A stretch of DNA of 64,000 nucleotides from Clostridia bacterium (lineage in GTDB: Bacteria > Bacillota > Clostridia > Christensenellales > CAG-138), in contig JAFSEB010000046.1 in the NCBI GenBank assembly GCA_017435905.1, positions 1,186-65,185 of the forward strand, given 5' to 3'. Position numbers and translations under genes: made by a program. Positions 39,754 through 49,819 of the stretch are shown piece after piece. The first letter of the stretch is position 1. Every line of letters starts with the position of its first letter. The notes beneath the pieces are model-generated. The model had not been told where the DNA came from and did not search any database. It saw nothing but the letters and a program-made list of their open reading frames with translations.

Positions 39754-40566
39754 TTATTTACTGCGATAAATGCGGCAAAGCCACTTCCAGCATACCGCCA
39801 GCGCAGCCAGCGACAGCACAAAAAGCACCACGCTTGCCGGCAGGTATTCCGTCAGGTAGCCGCCCACAAGGTTGAATGCCACATGCATGATGACGGTCGC
39901 CCAAACGGTGCCCGTGCGTTCCATCACAACGGCGAACAGCACGCCCAGCACGAATGCATAGGCGATCCAGAGGATCTGCCCGTGCAGCAGGGCAAACACA
40001 AGGCTTGAAATCAGGCAGGCAGCCCAAACCGGCATGCCCCGGCGCAGCCTTGTGTAAACGAGACCGCGGAACACCACTTCCTCCGCAATGGGGGCAATGA
40101 GCACCGTGGATACCGCATCAAGGAAGGTGGGCGACCCGAGGGAGGCTGCCGCATCCGCATATTCGAGCATCATTTCTTCCGGAATGGGGAGAAGCGACAG
40201 CAGCAGCGTTACGCCAAACACGGAGCTGATGCCAATGCCGATCAGCGGCCAAATGGCGCCCTGCGCCAAGGGGTACAGGGATATTTCGTTGAAATAGCTC
40301 TTTTTCTGCGTTGCAAACACGGGCCACAGCATGAGAAGCGTCAGGATGCCGGAAACAAGCGCCAGCGTGCCCGTGGACTCCATCAGCTTTTCCGTCAGCG
40401 CCGTTTCGATGGCGGTCATGTCCGGCATGGTACCGGACATGCCTGCCTCCACACCCATTTCGATGCCAAAGGCAAACATCATTGCAAAGCTGACGAGGAA
40501 CTGCATGCCCACAAACAGCAGCGCATAGGCCAGCGCCTTGAGGAAAGCCTGAAAAAAGCGTTTCAT
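39754..40566 (-). CDS. CPBP-family intramembrane glutamic endopeptidase (CAAX protease-like)
   Basis: Polytopic membrane protein with EEVVFRGLVY and ALLHG motifs. Confidence 0.8.
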   Translation of the reverse strand: MKRFFQAFLKALAYALLFVGMQFLVSFAMMFAFGIEMGVEAGMSGTMPDMTAIETALTEKLMESTGTLALVSGILTLLMLWPVFATQKKSYFNEISLYPLAQGAIWPLIGIGISSVFGVTLLLSLLPIPEEMMLEYADAAASLGSPTFLDAVSTVLIAPIAEEVVFRGLVYTRLRRGMPVWAACLISSLVFALLHGQILWIAYAFVLGVLFAVVMERTGTVWATVIMHVAFNLVGGYLTEYLPASVVLFVLSLAALAVCWKWLCRIYRSK

Positions 40567-40737
40567 TTTGGCGGATTACCTCCTCCGCAAATAATTTGTT
40601 TTGAATGTCATTTTATCACATTCGCATCTATTGTGGAATACCTTTTGATTCGGTATAATATAGGCAGAATGGATGATTTTTTGCTTTGCTTTCCATTCCT
40701 TCCAATGCATTTATTAACAGTAACAGGAGTATATACC

Positions 40738-41646
40738 ATGCTGAAAGACCATCTTCTTATTTCCCCCGAGGTGCAGGATGCCCTTGCCACCGGCAAGCCC
40801 ATCATCGCCCTTGAATCCACCATCATCTCCCACGGCATGCCCTATCCGCAGAATCTGGAGACCGCCCGTGGCTGCGAGGCGGTGGCCCGTGCCCACGGTG
40901 CCGTACCCGCTACCTGCGCCATCCTTGGCGGTAAGCTTTGCGTCGGCCTGACCGATGAACAGCTTGATTACCTTGCCCGTACCGGCACCAAGGTCATCAA
41001 AGCCAGCCGCCGTGATATCCCCCTGCTGGTCGCCCGTAAGCTTGACGGCGCCACCACCGTGACCGGCACCATGATCCTTGCCTCCATGGCAGGCATCCGC
41101 ATCCACGCCACCGGCGGCATCGGCGGCGTACACCGCGGCGCACAGGAGACCATGGACATCTCCGCCGACCTTGAAGAACTCGGCAAGACTCCCGTTGTTG
41201 TGGTCTGCGCCGGCGCCAAGAGCCTGCTTGACCTGCCCCTCACCATGGAATACCTTGAGACCCGTGGTGTGCCGGTCATCGGCTATGGCACCGATGAGCT
41301 GCCCGGCTTCTATACCCGCAACACCGGTCTCCCCGTTGATGCCCGTATGGACGATGTAAAAGAGATCGCCGCCGCCATCCGTGCCCAGTATGAGCTCGAC
41401 TACAAGGGCGGCATGGTTGTCGCCAACCCCATCCCCGAAGAGGATGCTCTTGATTCCGAGTACATCGAGAAGGTCATTCAGGACGCCGTAGACGAAGCCA
41501 AGGAAAAGGGCATCCGCGGCAAAGCCACCACCCCCTTCCTTCTCCAGCGCATCCACGAGATCACCGGCGGCAACAGCCTTGCCTCCAACATCAAGCTCGT
41601 TTACAACAACGTAGCCGTTGCATCCGAGATCGCAAAGCATCTGTAA
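40738..41646 (+). CDS. psuG: Pseudouridine-5'-phosphate glycosidase
   Basis: MLKDHLLISPEVQDALATGKPIIALESTIISHGMPYPQN. CAGGAG RBS before the ATG at 40738. Confidence 0.9.
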   Translation: MLKDHLLISPEVQDALATGKPIIALESTIISHGMPYPQNLETARGCEAVARAHGAVPATCAILGGKLCVGLTDEQLDYLARTGTKVIKASRRDIPLLVARKLDGATTVTGTMILASMAGIRIHATGGIGGVHRGAQETMDISADLEELGKTPVVVVCAGAKSLLDLPLTMEYLETRGVPVIGYGTDELPGFYTRNTGLPVDARMDDVKEIAAAIRAQYELDYKGGMVVANPIPEEDALDSEYIEKVIQDAVDEAKEKGIRGKATTPFLLQRIHEITGGNSLASNIKLVYNNVAVASEIAKHL

Positions 41647-41659
41647 AAACAGCGCAGCT

Positions 41660-41691
41660 GCGCCGCACGGGTCACCGTGCGGCGCTTTTTT
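41660..41691 (+). terminator. Rho-independent terminator after psuG
   Basis: GCGCCGCACGG-gtca-CCGTGCGGCGC followed by TTTTTT. Confidence 0.85.
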
Positions 41692-41798
41692 GTAAAGTTC
41701 ACATTTCCTCCCCATCTTTTTTGGCGGAAACACTTTCGTTTCATTCGCTTTTCTAATACAATATAGCTATAAGATTCATAATAAGGATTATTCTTTTC

Positions 41799-42278
41799 AT
41801 GGAATACACGAAAACCGATCAAGTCAATCTCGACTCTGCTGCTTCCGGGCAGGAAACGCCGGGCGTTGTGTGTCCAAACTGCGGCCATGTGCATGAGCAC
41901 CACAGTCTGTTTCACTTCGGTCACAAGCACGAAAAACCGGCAGAAATAAAGCAGGAACAACACTCTCACCATGCGCAGGAGGAGGAACCCGAACACCGCA
42001 AATCCCTGAGCGACCTCAGCCCCAGCTCCCTGTTCCTCCGCAATGCCCTTGCGGTCATTGCCGCATGGCTCTTCTTCCTTTCCATGATCTTCGATTATGG
42101 GCACATGACCCTCAAAGCCCTCGCCTACATCATCGGCGCTCTTGCCTACTTTGGCGAGATCCTGCTGTTAACGGACTGTTTCCGCCACAGACCCCAAAAA
42201 GGCGAAATGTTCATGCCCTACCTGTTCGGCGTCATGTACATCATGCTGGGCCTGAGCTATGCGTTTTCCAAGCACTGA
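41799..42278 (+). CDS. Small membrane protein with a His-rich, CxxC-containing N-terminus (hypothetical)
   Basis: CPNCGHVHEHHSLFHFGHKHEK...HSHHAQ, followed by three predicted TM helices. Weak RBS. Confidence 0.55.
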   Translation: MEYTKTDQVNLDSAASGQETPGVVCPNCGHVHEHHSLFHFGHKHEKPAEIKQEQHSHHAQEEEPEHRKSLSDLSPSSLFLRNALAVIAAWLFFLSMIFDYGHMTLKALAYIIGALAYFGEILLLTDCFRHRPQKGEMFMPYLFGVMYIMLGLSYAFSKH

Positions 42279-42294
42279 AATAGCATCATAAAAA

Positions 42295-42324
42295 AGACAA
42301 GGCAGTTTTTGCCTTGTCTTTTTT
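42295..42324. terminator. Bidirectional terminator
   Basis: AGACAAGGCA-gtttt-TGCCTTGTCT flanked by an A-run and a T-run. Confidence 0.8.
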
Positions 42325-42335
42325 GTTTGTGTTTC

Positions 42336-43034
42336 TTATTCTTTTACTTTCACGCCGGCGAATTTGAGCGCCGCTTCCGCCAGCACACGGGTGGGATCCA
42401 CCACCGGGTAAGGCAGCTTGTAGTCATCAAAGGCGATGGGCAGCTCCGTGCAGCCGAGCACAAAGCTTTCCACACCCTCTTCGAGCATGCTGTCAAGCAG
42501 GGCGCAGAAGGGTGCGGTGTCAAAATCCATGTTGCCGGCCTTGACGCCATCGTAAATGACGCCCATTACCAGCTTCTGGTGCTCCGCATCGGGCTTGATG
42601 ACCTTCACGCCGTGCTCCTCAAAGAGCTTTTCGTAAATGCCCGTGTTGATGGTGCCGTCGGTGGCAAGAAGGCCCACGGTCTTGATGCCCCGGCGGTCGA
42701 TCTCCTCCGCCGTCAGCTGCAGCATGTGCAGGATGGGCAGGCTCGTTGCCGCCTTCACGCCATCATAGAAGAAGTGCGCCGTGTTGCAGGGCATCATCAG
42801 CACATCCGCACCGGCACGCTCCAGCGTCCTTGCGGAGGTTGCAAGGGCAGGAATGGGGTTTTCGCCGCCGGAAAGAATGGCAGCGGTACGGTCGGGGATC
42901 TCGGTATTGCTGTCAATGAGCACACGGGGATGACCCTGATCGGAAGAAACATCCGCAAGGAGCACGATCTTGCGGAACAGATCCGCCGTGGCAAGCGGCC
43001 CCATGCCGCCGATGATACCGATTGTCTTTTTCAT
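42336..43034 (-). CDS. Aspartate/glutamate racemase family protein
   Basis: MKKTIGIIGGMGPLATADLFRKIV...MPCNTAH...LGCTELP (two catalytic Cys motifs). GGAAGGAA RBS before the ATG at 43034. Confidence 0.85.
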   Translation of the reverse strand: MKKTIGIIGGMGPLATADLFRKIVLLADVSSDQGHPRVLIDSNTEIPDRTAAILSGGENPIPALATSARTLERAGADVLMMPCNTAHFFYDGVKAATSLPILHMLQLTAEEIDRRGIKTVGLLATDGTINTGIYEKLFEEHGVKVIKPDAEHQKLVMGVIYDGVKAGNMDFDTAPFCALLDSMLEEGVESFVLGCTELPIAFDDYKLPYPVVDPTRVLAEAALKFAGVKVKE

Positions 43035-43057
43035 ACTGTTTTCCTTCCTGTTGAAGA

Positions 43058-43080
43058 GCCGGGGCGCAAAGCGCCCCGGC
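43058..43080. other. GC-rich stem-loop between the DcyD-like and racemase genes
   Basis: GCCGGGGCGC-aaa-GCGCCCCGGC, with no clear U-tract. Confidence 0.5.
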
Positions 43081-43098
43081 CTGTTTGTGTTGATGCTG

Positions 43099-44076
43099 TT
43101 ATGCTTCCACCACGTCTTCGGGATCGATGGCAAAGAGGCTGGCTGCGCCGCCGCTGTGCAGGAACACAATGTTTTCGCCCTCTTTGATCTCGCCCTTCTC
43201 GCACATATCGAGCAGGCCGGCGAAGGTTTTGCCGGTATAGACGGGGTCCACCATGATGCCTTCCTTCTGTGCCATCAGCTGAATGGCAGCAAGGCCTTCT
43301 CTGGAGGGCATGGCATAGCCGGCGCCGTAATAACGGCGAACGTCCACATCCTCCCTGGTGATGGAAACGTCCACGCCAAGGATCTTGGCGCACTCGTTCA
43401 CAAGCTCTTCGGTGATCTCTTCAAAGGGATCGTCGCACACGGCAATGCCGGTGACCTTTGCGCCCTCGCCATACAGCATGGTGCCAAGCAGGATACCGCC
43501 AAGGGTGCCGCCGCTGCCGGCGGTGCAGATCACACGGTCGATCTTCACGTTTGCGGCCTTCGCCTGCTCAAAGATCTCCTTTGCGCAATCCACATAGCCC
43601 ACGGTGCCAAGGGGCACGCTGCCGCCCACGGGGATCAGGTAGGGCTTTTTGCCTGCTGCACGGAGTTCCTCCGCCAGCTTATCCATTTCCTCATAAACCA
43701 CATCGTAGGAAGGGGTATCCACAAAGCGGACATCCACATCCATCAGCGCCTCAAGGAGAAGGTTGCCCTTGCGGCCCATGACGCCGCGCTTTTTGAGCAT
43801 CAGGATGGGTTCCATCCCCAGCATGCGGCAGCAGGCCGCAGTCAGCATGGCATGGTTGGACTGGGCACCGCCGGTGGTGATGACCACATCACAGCCCTGT
43901 TCCTTTGCATCTGCCAGCAGGTACTCGAGCTTTCTGACCTTGTTGCCGCCAAGGCTGACGCCGGTCATGTCATCACGTTTGATGAACACATTGCGGCCGA
44001 TGGCAGCGCTGACGTTGTTGAGCTTATAGAAGGGAGTCGGAAGCTGTGCAAGGGGGATACGGGAAACCTGATTCAT
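43099..44076 (-). CDS. PLP-dependent D-cysteine desulfhydrase / ACC deaminase family enzyme
   Basis: TPFYKLNNVS...IKRDDMTGVSLGGNKVRKLEYLLADA. Its start overlaps the upstream stop (TAATG). Confidence 0.8.
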   Translation of the reverse strand: MNQVSRIPLAQLPTPFYKLNNVSAAIGRNVFIKRDDMTGVSLGGNKVRKLEYLLADAKEQGCDVVITTGGAQSNHAMLTAACCRMLGMEPILMLKKRGVMGRKGNLLLEALMDVDVRFVDTPSYDVVYEEMDKLAEELRAAGKKPYLIPVGGSVPLGTVGYVDCAKEIFEQAKAANVKIDRVICTAGSGGTLGGILLGTMLYGEGAKVTGIAVCDDPFEEITEELVNECAKILGVDVSITREDVDVRRYYGAGYAMPSREGLAAIQLMAQKEGIMVDPVYTGKTFAGLLDMCEKGEIKEGENIVFLHSGGAASLFAIDPEDVVEA

Positions 44077-45344
44077 TATTTCACCTCATCAAGACGGGGC
44101 AAGCCCAGGAAATCAAAAGTAGCAAAGTAATCCTTGGTGGTTTCGGCACGGCGGATGAGCTTCACGCTGCCATCCTCACGGAGAAGGAGCTCGGCGCTGC
44201 GGAGCTTGCCGTTGTAGTTGTAACCCATGGAGAAGCCGTGGGCGCCGGTATCGTGGATGGCGATGATGTCGCCGATCTCGATCTCGGGCAGCATGCGGTC
44301 GATGGCAAAGCGGTCATTGCTCTCGCAGAGGGAGCCGGTGATGTCGTAAAGATGATCGCAGGGCGCATCTTCCTTGCCAAGGACGGTAACATGGTGGTAA
44401 GCGCCGTACATGGCGGGACGCATCAGGTTTGCAGCGCAGGCATCGCAGCCGATGAAGTCCTTATGGGTCTTCTTCTCATGGAGGACGGTGGTCACAAGGG
44501 TGCCCACGGGGCCGGTCACATAGCGGCCAAGCTCGGTAAAGATGCGGGGCTTGATGTTGGTGCCGGCGAATGCCTTTTCGTAGGCTTCCTTGACCTTATC
44601 GCCAACGAACTGGATGTCGGTCTCGGCATCTTCGGGACGGTAGGGGATGCCAACGCCGCCGGAAAGGTTGACGAAGCCGATCTTGATATCGAGCTCTTCG
44701 CTCAGTTCCTTGACGACCTCAAAGAGGAGCGCCGCAAGGGTGGGATAATACATGTTATCGATGTTGTTGGAGGACAGGAAGGAGTGGATGCCGAATTCCT
44801 TCACGCCCATTTCCTTCAGCTTACGCATACCCTCGGTAAGCTGCTCACGGGTGAAGCCGTACTTTGCTTCTGCCGGGTTGCCCATGATCTGGGTGCCGAT
44901 CTTGAACTCACCGCCGGGGTTGAAACGGCAGGAGATGACCTCCGGGATGCCGCCGTGCTTGGCGAGAAAGTCGATGTGGGAGATGTCATCAAGGTTGATG
45001 GTGGCGTTCAGGCGGCGTGCATACTCGAAATCCTCGGCAGGGGTAGCGTTGGAGGAGAACATGATGCCATCGCCGGTGATGCCCACGGATTCGCTCAGCA
45101 TAAGCTCTGCGTAGCTGGAGCAGTCCATGCCGCAGCCCTCTTCCTTCATGATCTGCATGAGGACGGGGTTGGGGCATGCCTTTACGGCATAGTACTCACG
45201 GTAGCCTTCGTTCCAGGAGAAAGCCTTCTGCAGCGCACGGATACGGGAGCGCAGGGCTTTTTCGTCATAGATGTGGAAGGGAGTGGGGTACTCTTTGATG
45301 ATCTCGCGGATCTGGGCCTCGTTGTAGGGAAGGGTCTTTTTCAT
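44076..45344 (-). CDS. Orn/DAP/Arg decarboxylase family 2 enzyme (diaminopimelate decarboxylase-like)
   Basis: YYAVKACPNP (PLP Lys), GSLCESNDRF, GAHGFSMGYNYNG. Confidence 0.8.
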   Translation of the reverse strand: MKKTLPYNEAQIREIIKEYPTPFHIYDEKALRSRIRALQKAFSWNEGYREYYAVKACPNPVLMQIMKEEGCGMDCSSYAELMLSESVGITGDGIMFSSNATPAEDFEYARRLNATINLDDISHIDFLAKHGGIPEVISCRFNPGGEFKIGTQIMGNPAEAKYGFTREQLTEGMRKLKEMGVKEFGIHSFLSSNNIDNMYYPTLAALLFEVVKELSEELDIKIGFVNLSGGVGIPYRPEDAETDIQFVGDKVKEAYEKAFAGTNIKPRIFTELGRYVTGPVGTLVTTVLHEKKTHKDFIGCDACAANLMRPAMYGAYHHVTVLGKEDAPCDHLYDITGSLCESNDRFAIDRMLPEIEIGDIIAIHDTGAHGFSMGYNYNGKLRSAELLLREDGSVKLIRRAETTKDYFATFDFLGLPRLDEVK

Positions 45345-45369
45345 TGATTTTTCTCCGTTCTATGCAAAA

Positions 45370-46758
45370 TTAAATTTCTTCGTGAGAAAGCACATTGAAG
45401 ATGCGCTTGTATTCGGGGCCGGTCAGACCGCGGTCTTCGTATTCCACTTCGCCTGCCTGATTATCGTAGGGATCCTTGCGCCAGTGGGTCTTCGGCGGAT
45501 CGAAAGCCGCCTGGAACTCACGGTTTGCCACCATGCGGTAGGGCTCAAGGTTGCCGAAGTAGTGCTGCCTGCGCTTCTCGTTATGGTTGCGGTATGCGCT
45601 GCCGCCGAAGGAGGGATCCGCATACATCCAGCCATGGGGGGCAATGTAGATCTGTACCCAGTCATGCATGCCGGCATCTCCGGGCTCCACATAAAGGCCG
45701 CTCTGCCAGCGTGCAGGGATGCCTGCGCAGCGGCAAAGGGTGATGAGCAGCAGTGCCTGTACGCCGCAGTCGCCGCGGAAGTTGCGTGCGCAGCTTTCGG
45801 CAATGTTTTCAAGGCCGAAGTATTCACGCATGAAGGAGTACTTCACCTTGGTGGTCACGAAATCGTAGAAGATGCGTGCCTTTTCAACGGGGTTCGTCAC
45901 GCCCTCGGTCAGCGTTTCCACAAGGGAACGGATGTAGGGAGTGAAGACGATGTGGGGTGCGATCTCCTCCGTATGGAAGGTGGGCTGTACCGCATTGGGC
46001 ACGATCTTGGCGGGGTCCACATAGGGTGCTTTGTGCACATAGGAATATTCCACCCAGAATTCGTGGTTCTCCTCCGTCACCTCTTCCCAGTAAACGGTGC
46101 GCTGCAGCGCATCTTCGGGGGCGATGTAAGTGGGTTCGGAAGAGAAGGCTTCAAAGCGGATCTCGCTCTGCTGGTCGCAGGCGGCCGGGATCGGCACATG
46201 CACACGCACAAGCTTGCCCTTCTCGAAGTATTCATCCTTGATGCGGACGCCTGCATGGATGCGGATGCGGCAGGTCATTTCACCGTTTTCACGCATCAGC
46301 CTTGCGCTGCGGTCGAGGATGCCCTCCTCGCCTTCCTTGGCGTTGTCTTCGCCGTCCACATGGCCCTTGTCCACGATGCCCGCACGCTTGGCAAATTCCG
46401 CATTGGTCTTGATGAGCGTGCCGTAAAAGGCGTCGAAATAATGGGGCTCGCCATTGATATAGATCCAGTCGATCTTGTTGTCGTCCACCATTTCATCGAA
46501 TTCTTCTTCGGTGAAATCCGCAATGGCTGCACGGATCTTTGCAAGGGCGGTCTCCCTTGTGTAGGAGTAATCATCCGGCAGGCGCAGGATCATTTCCCTT
46601 TCGCAGATCAGGCAGGCACGGAGTGCTTCCGGAATGTCCGTTGCAAGGTGCTTATCGATCAGGCGCACGGCACCTTCGAAATCGCCCCAGGTCTTCCTGC
46701 GAAGAATGTCCTCCGGCAGGCCCACATTGAGGTGCTTGAAGTTGCTGTTGATGTTCAC
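45370..46758 (-). CDS. Transglutaminase-like (Cys-His-Asp) domain protein, cytoplasmic
   Basis: GDCGVQALLLITLCRCAGIPARWQSG...GMHDWVQIYI...YADPS. No signal peptide. GTG start with an AAGGAGGG RBS. Confidence 0.75.
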   Translation of the reverse strand: MNINSNFKHLNVGLPEDILRRKTWGDFEGAVRLIDKHLATDIPEALRACLICEREMILRLPDDYSYTRETALAKIRAAIADFTEEEFDEMVDDNKIDWIYINGEPHYFDAFYGTLIKTNAEFAKRAGIVDKGHVDGEDNAKEGEEGILDRSARLMRENGEMTCRIRIHAGVRIKDEYFEKGKLVRVHVPIPAACDQQSEIRFEAFSSEPTYIAPEDALQRTVYWEEVTEENHEFWVEYSYVHKAPYVDPAKIVPNAVQPTFHTEEIAPHIVFTPYIRSLVETLTEGVTNPVEKARIFYDFVTTKVKYSFMREYFGLENIAESCARNFRGDCGVQALLLITLCRCAGIPARWQSGLYVEPGDAGMHDWVQIYIAPHGWMYADPSFGGSAYRNHNEKRRQHYFGNLEPYRMVANREFQAAFDPPKTHWRKDPYDNQAGEVEYEDRGLTGPEYKRIFNVLSHEEI

Positions 46759-46808
46759 GGTTCAGGCCCTCCTTTTTTGTTATTGGTGTTTGTTTCCGGC
46801 TTCAGCGA

Positions 46809-47633
46809 TCAAAAAATGGAACCGACCGCATTGATGCTCTTGGCAAGATCATCACGGTACAGGGGATGACCGGGGATGAGGCTGTTGAGCACAACGCCAT
46901 CGCTGCCGGCACGGCTGGTGGAATGGATGTACATGCCATCGCCAAGGTACATGGCAACATGGCCGGGGAAGAAGAGAAGGTCGCCCTTCTTCATATGGGC
47001 ACGGTCGATGGCGTGGCAGGGGAAGCCTTCACGGATGCTGGCGTTGCGGTAGATCTTCACACCGTTGAGCAGGTATGCGGTGCCCACAAGACCGGAGCAA
47101 TCGATGCCGCAGGGAGTCTTGCCGCCCCAGCGGTACTGGACGCCCATGTACATCTTCGCAGCTTCGCAAACGTTGTTGCGGAACTCTTCTTCGCCGGCGG
47201 AAGCTTCTTTGTAGTAGTTGCCCAGCTGGTTCTGGCGCACAAAGCCTTCACGGCCGTCAGCAAGGCGTACCTTCGCCCAGCCAAGAGGCTTTTCGGGATC
47301 CGCCACATACTCAACGAGGGCGCCGCGGCAAAGGGTGATGTGCTTGGAGAACTTCACGCCGTCGCCCATCTGGATGTCCGCAAAGGCAGCCCATACACGG
47401 CGCAGGTCGGCCTGTTCCCACTTTTCGCAGGCTTCATCATCCATCAGCAGATGGCAGCCTTCCACGTAGGTCACGTAGTTGTAGGGAGTGCGGATCTTAT
47501 AAAAACCGTTTTCCGCCTCTTCCAGGATCTCTACGATATGGCCGTACCAGCCTTCATCATCGGGTTCGCAGAGGGGCTTGGGTTCGCAGAAATAGGGAGC
47601 GATCATAGAGATGATAATTGCACGTTTGGACAT
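46809..47633 (-). CDS. Cytoplasmic SH3b-NlpC/P60 peptidase, YkfC-like (gamma-D-glutamyl-L-diamino acid endopeptidase family)
   Basis: GIDCSGLVGTAYLLNG catalytic Cys, GHVAMYLGDGMYIHS His, SH3b-like GWAKVRLADGREGFV. No signal peptide. Confidence 0.8.
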   Translation of the reverse strand: MSKRAIIISMIAPYFCEPKPLCEPDDEGWYGHIVEILEEAENGFYKIRTPYNYVTYVEGCHLLMDDEACEKWEQADLRRVWAAFADIQMGDGVKFSKHITLCRGALVEYVADPEKPLGWAKVRLADGREGFVRQNQLGNYYKEASAGEEEFRNNVCEAAKMYMGVQYRWGGKTPCGIDCSGLVGTAYLLNGVKIYRNASIREGFPCHAIDRAHMKKGDLLFFPGHVAMYLGDGMYIHSTSRAGSDGVVLNSLIPGHPLYRDDLAKSINAVGSIF

Positions 47634-47801
47634 GGTTATTTTCTCCTTTTTTCAGTCTGTATTTATCTTACCAAAGCAACAAAAAGACCGCAACCCGCCC
47701 TTACACAGCTGCAAAGATTTTTTTGCGCTGCGCAAGGGCGAATATCAGTCTTTTATTGTTTTGTTCGGTTCCCTTTAGGGTTCATATGCGCTGACCGTTG
47801 T

Positions 47802-48743
47802 TTAGTCCTTCAGGCGCTCGCGGTATTCCGCAAGTTCCTTTTCGTTGCCCATGATGAAGTGGCCTTCTTCGATCTCGGTCCAAACCGGCTTATCCACGGA
47901 ATAGTCGTGCATGGAGGGATCGTAGGTCTCAAGCTTCTTCTGCTTTTCGGAGATGGGATCCGGCATGGGGATGGCGGAAAGCAGAGCACGGGTATAGGGA
48001 TGCAGCGGATGTGCAAAGAGCTTCTCGGTCTCTGCAAGCTCCACGATCACGCCCTTATGGATAACGGCGATACGGTCCGTAATGAAGCGCATAACGGAAA
48101 GATCGTGAGCGATGAAGAGATAGGTAAGGCCGCGCTCCTTCTGCAGGGCGGAAAGGAGGTTGAGCACCTGTGCACGGATGGAAACGTCAAGAGCGGAGAT
48201 GGGCTCGTCCGCAATGATGAATTCCGGCTCCATGATAAGGCTGCGGGCAATACCGATACGCTGACGCTGACCGCCGGAGAACTCGTGCGGGAAGCGGCTG
48301 GCGAACTCAGGAAGCAGACCGACCTCGGAAAGCGCCTTGGAGACCTTTGCCTCACGCTGTTCCTTGGTAAGATCCTTCTGCACGTTCATGAGGCCTTCGG
48401 AGACGATGTAGTCTACCTTGGCGCGCTCATTGAGGGAAGCCATGGGATCCTGGAAGATCATCTGGATCTGCTGGGTGACCCGCTTGTCGAGTTCACGGGA
48501 GATCTTGCCGTTGATCTTCTCGCCCTTGAAGATGACTTCGCCGGCGCTGGTGGGGTTGATGCGGATGATGGCACGGCCGATGGTGGTCTTACCGGAGCCG
48601 GATTCGCCCACAAGGCCGAAGGTCTCGCCCTTGTAGATGTCGAAGCTGACGCCCTTGACCGCCTTGAAAGGCTTGCGCTTGCTGCCGAAGGTCACTTCAA
48701 GGTCTTTGACAGAAAGGAGGACTTCACGGTTGTTGTTTTCCAT
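47802..48743 (-). CDS. Opp/Dpp-family ABC ATPase (OppF-like), canonical length
   Basis: [29 protein letters not shown]. Its start overlaps the upstream stop (TAATG). Confidence 0.9.
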   Translation of the reverse strand: MENNNREVLLSVKDLEVTFGSKRKPFKAVKGVSFDIYKGETFGLVGESGSGKTTIGRAIIRINPTSAGEVIFKGEKINGKISRELDKRVTQQIQMIFQDPMASLNERAKVDYIVSEGLMNVQKDLTKEQREAKVSKALSEVGLLPEFASRFPHEFSGGQRQRIGIARSLIMEPEFIIADEPISALDVSIRAQVLNLLSALQKERGLTYLFIAHDLSVMRFITDRIAVIHKGVIVELAETEKLFAHPLHPYTRALLSAIPMPDPISEKQKKLETYDPSMHDYSVDKPVWTEIEEGHFIMGNEKELAEYRERLKD

Positions 48744-49804
48744 TATTCTTCGCCTCCGTCTTCAATCAGTTTTGCACCGCGGATCTTGCGGATGTTCTTG
48801 AGGGATGCCGGGGGTTCCACCTTGGGTGCACGGGGATCGAGCAGCCAGGTACGCGCCTTATGGGTGGGGCTCACCTCAAAATACGGCGGGCGGTGCAGGA
48901 AGTCGATCTTGAGCGCCTTGGGGTTACGGGGAGCAAAGGCATCGCCGCGAACCTTGTTGAACAGGTTCGGAGGAGTACCTTTGATGGAGTAAAGGTCTTC
49001 GCCCTTGATGCCAAGCTGCGGCAGGGAGCTGAGCAGCGCCCAGGTGTAGGGATGCTGCGGCTGATAGAACACCTCATCACAGGTGCCGATCTCCACGATG
49101 TCGCCGGCATACATGACCGCAATACGGTCCGCAACGTTGGCGACCACGCCGAGGTCGTGGGTGATGTAGATGGTGGTCAGCTGATACTTCTTCTGCAGCT
49201 CACGGATGAGGTCCAGGATCTGTGCCTGAATGGTAACGTCAAGCGCAGTGGTGGGCTCGTCGCAGATGAGGATCTTGGGGTTACATGCCATGGCGATGGC
49301 GATAACGACACGCTGGCGCATACCGCCGGAGAACTCGTGCGGATACTGCTTATAGCGGCGTTCGGGCTCCTGAATGCCAACGTCGGAAAGGATCTCGATG
49401 GCCTTCTTCCTGGCAGCCTCACCGGAAAGATCCTGGTGGAGCCTGAGGGCTTCTTCGATCTGCCAGCCAACGGTCTTCAGGGGGTTCAGGCTGGTCATGG
49501 GGTCCTGCATGACCATGGCAACTTCCTTACCGCGGATCTTGACCCATTCCTTTTCGGTCTTGAACTTGGCAAGGTCCATGCCGTTGTAGATGATCTCACC
49601 GCTGTCCACCCAGCCGTTCTTATCGAGCAGGCCGATGAAATTCTTGGTGAAAACAGACTTGCCGGAGCCGGATTCGCCCACGATGGCAAGGCTTTCGCCC
49701 TTGTAAAGATCAAGGGAGATGCCGCGGATGGCATGGAGCACCTGACCGCGGAGGCTGAACTTGACGTTAAGGTCTTTTACGGACAAAATGACTTCGCGTT
49801 CCAT
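48743..49804 (-). CDS. Opp/Dpp-family ABC ATPase (OppD-like), canonical length
   Basis: [49 protein letters not shown]. Confidence 0.9.
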   Translation of the reverse strand: MEREVILSVKDLNVKFSLRGQVLHAIRGISLDLYKGESLAIVGESGSGKSVFTKNFIGLLDKNGWVDSGEIIYNGMDLAKFKTEKEWVKIRGKEVAMVMQDPMTSLNPLKTVGWQIEEALRLHQDLSGEAARKKAIEILSDVGIQEPERRYKQYPHEFSGGMRQRVVIAIAMACNPKILICDEPTTALDVTIQAQILDLIRELQKKYQLTTIYITHDLGVVANVADRIAVMYAGDIVEIGTCDEVFYQPQHPYTWALLSSLPQLGIKGEDLYSIKGTPPNLFNKVRGDAFAPRNPKALKIDFLHRPPYFEVSPTHKARTWLLDPRAPKVEPPASLKNIRKIRGAKLIEDGGEE

Positions 49805-49819
49805 AATGTTAAGACCTCC

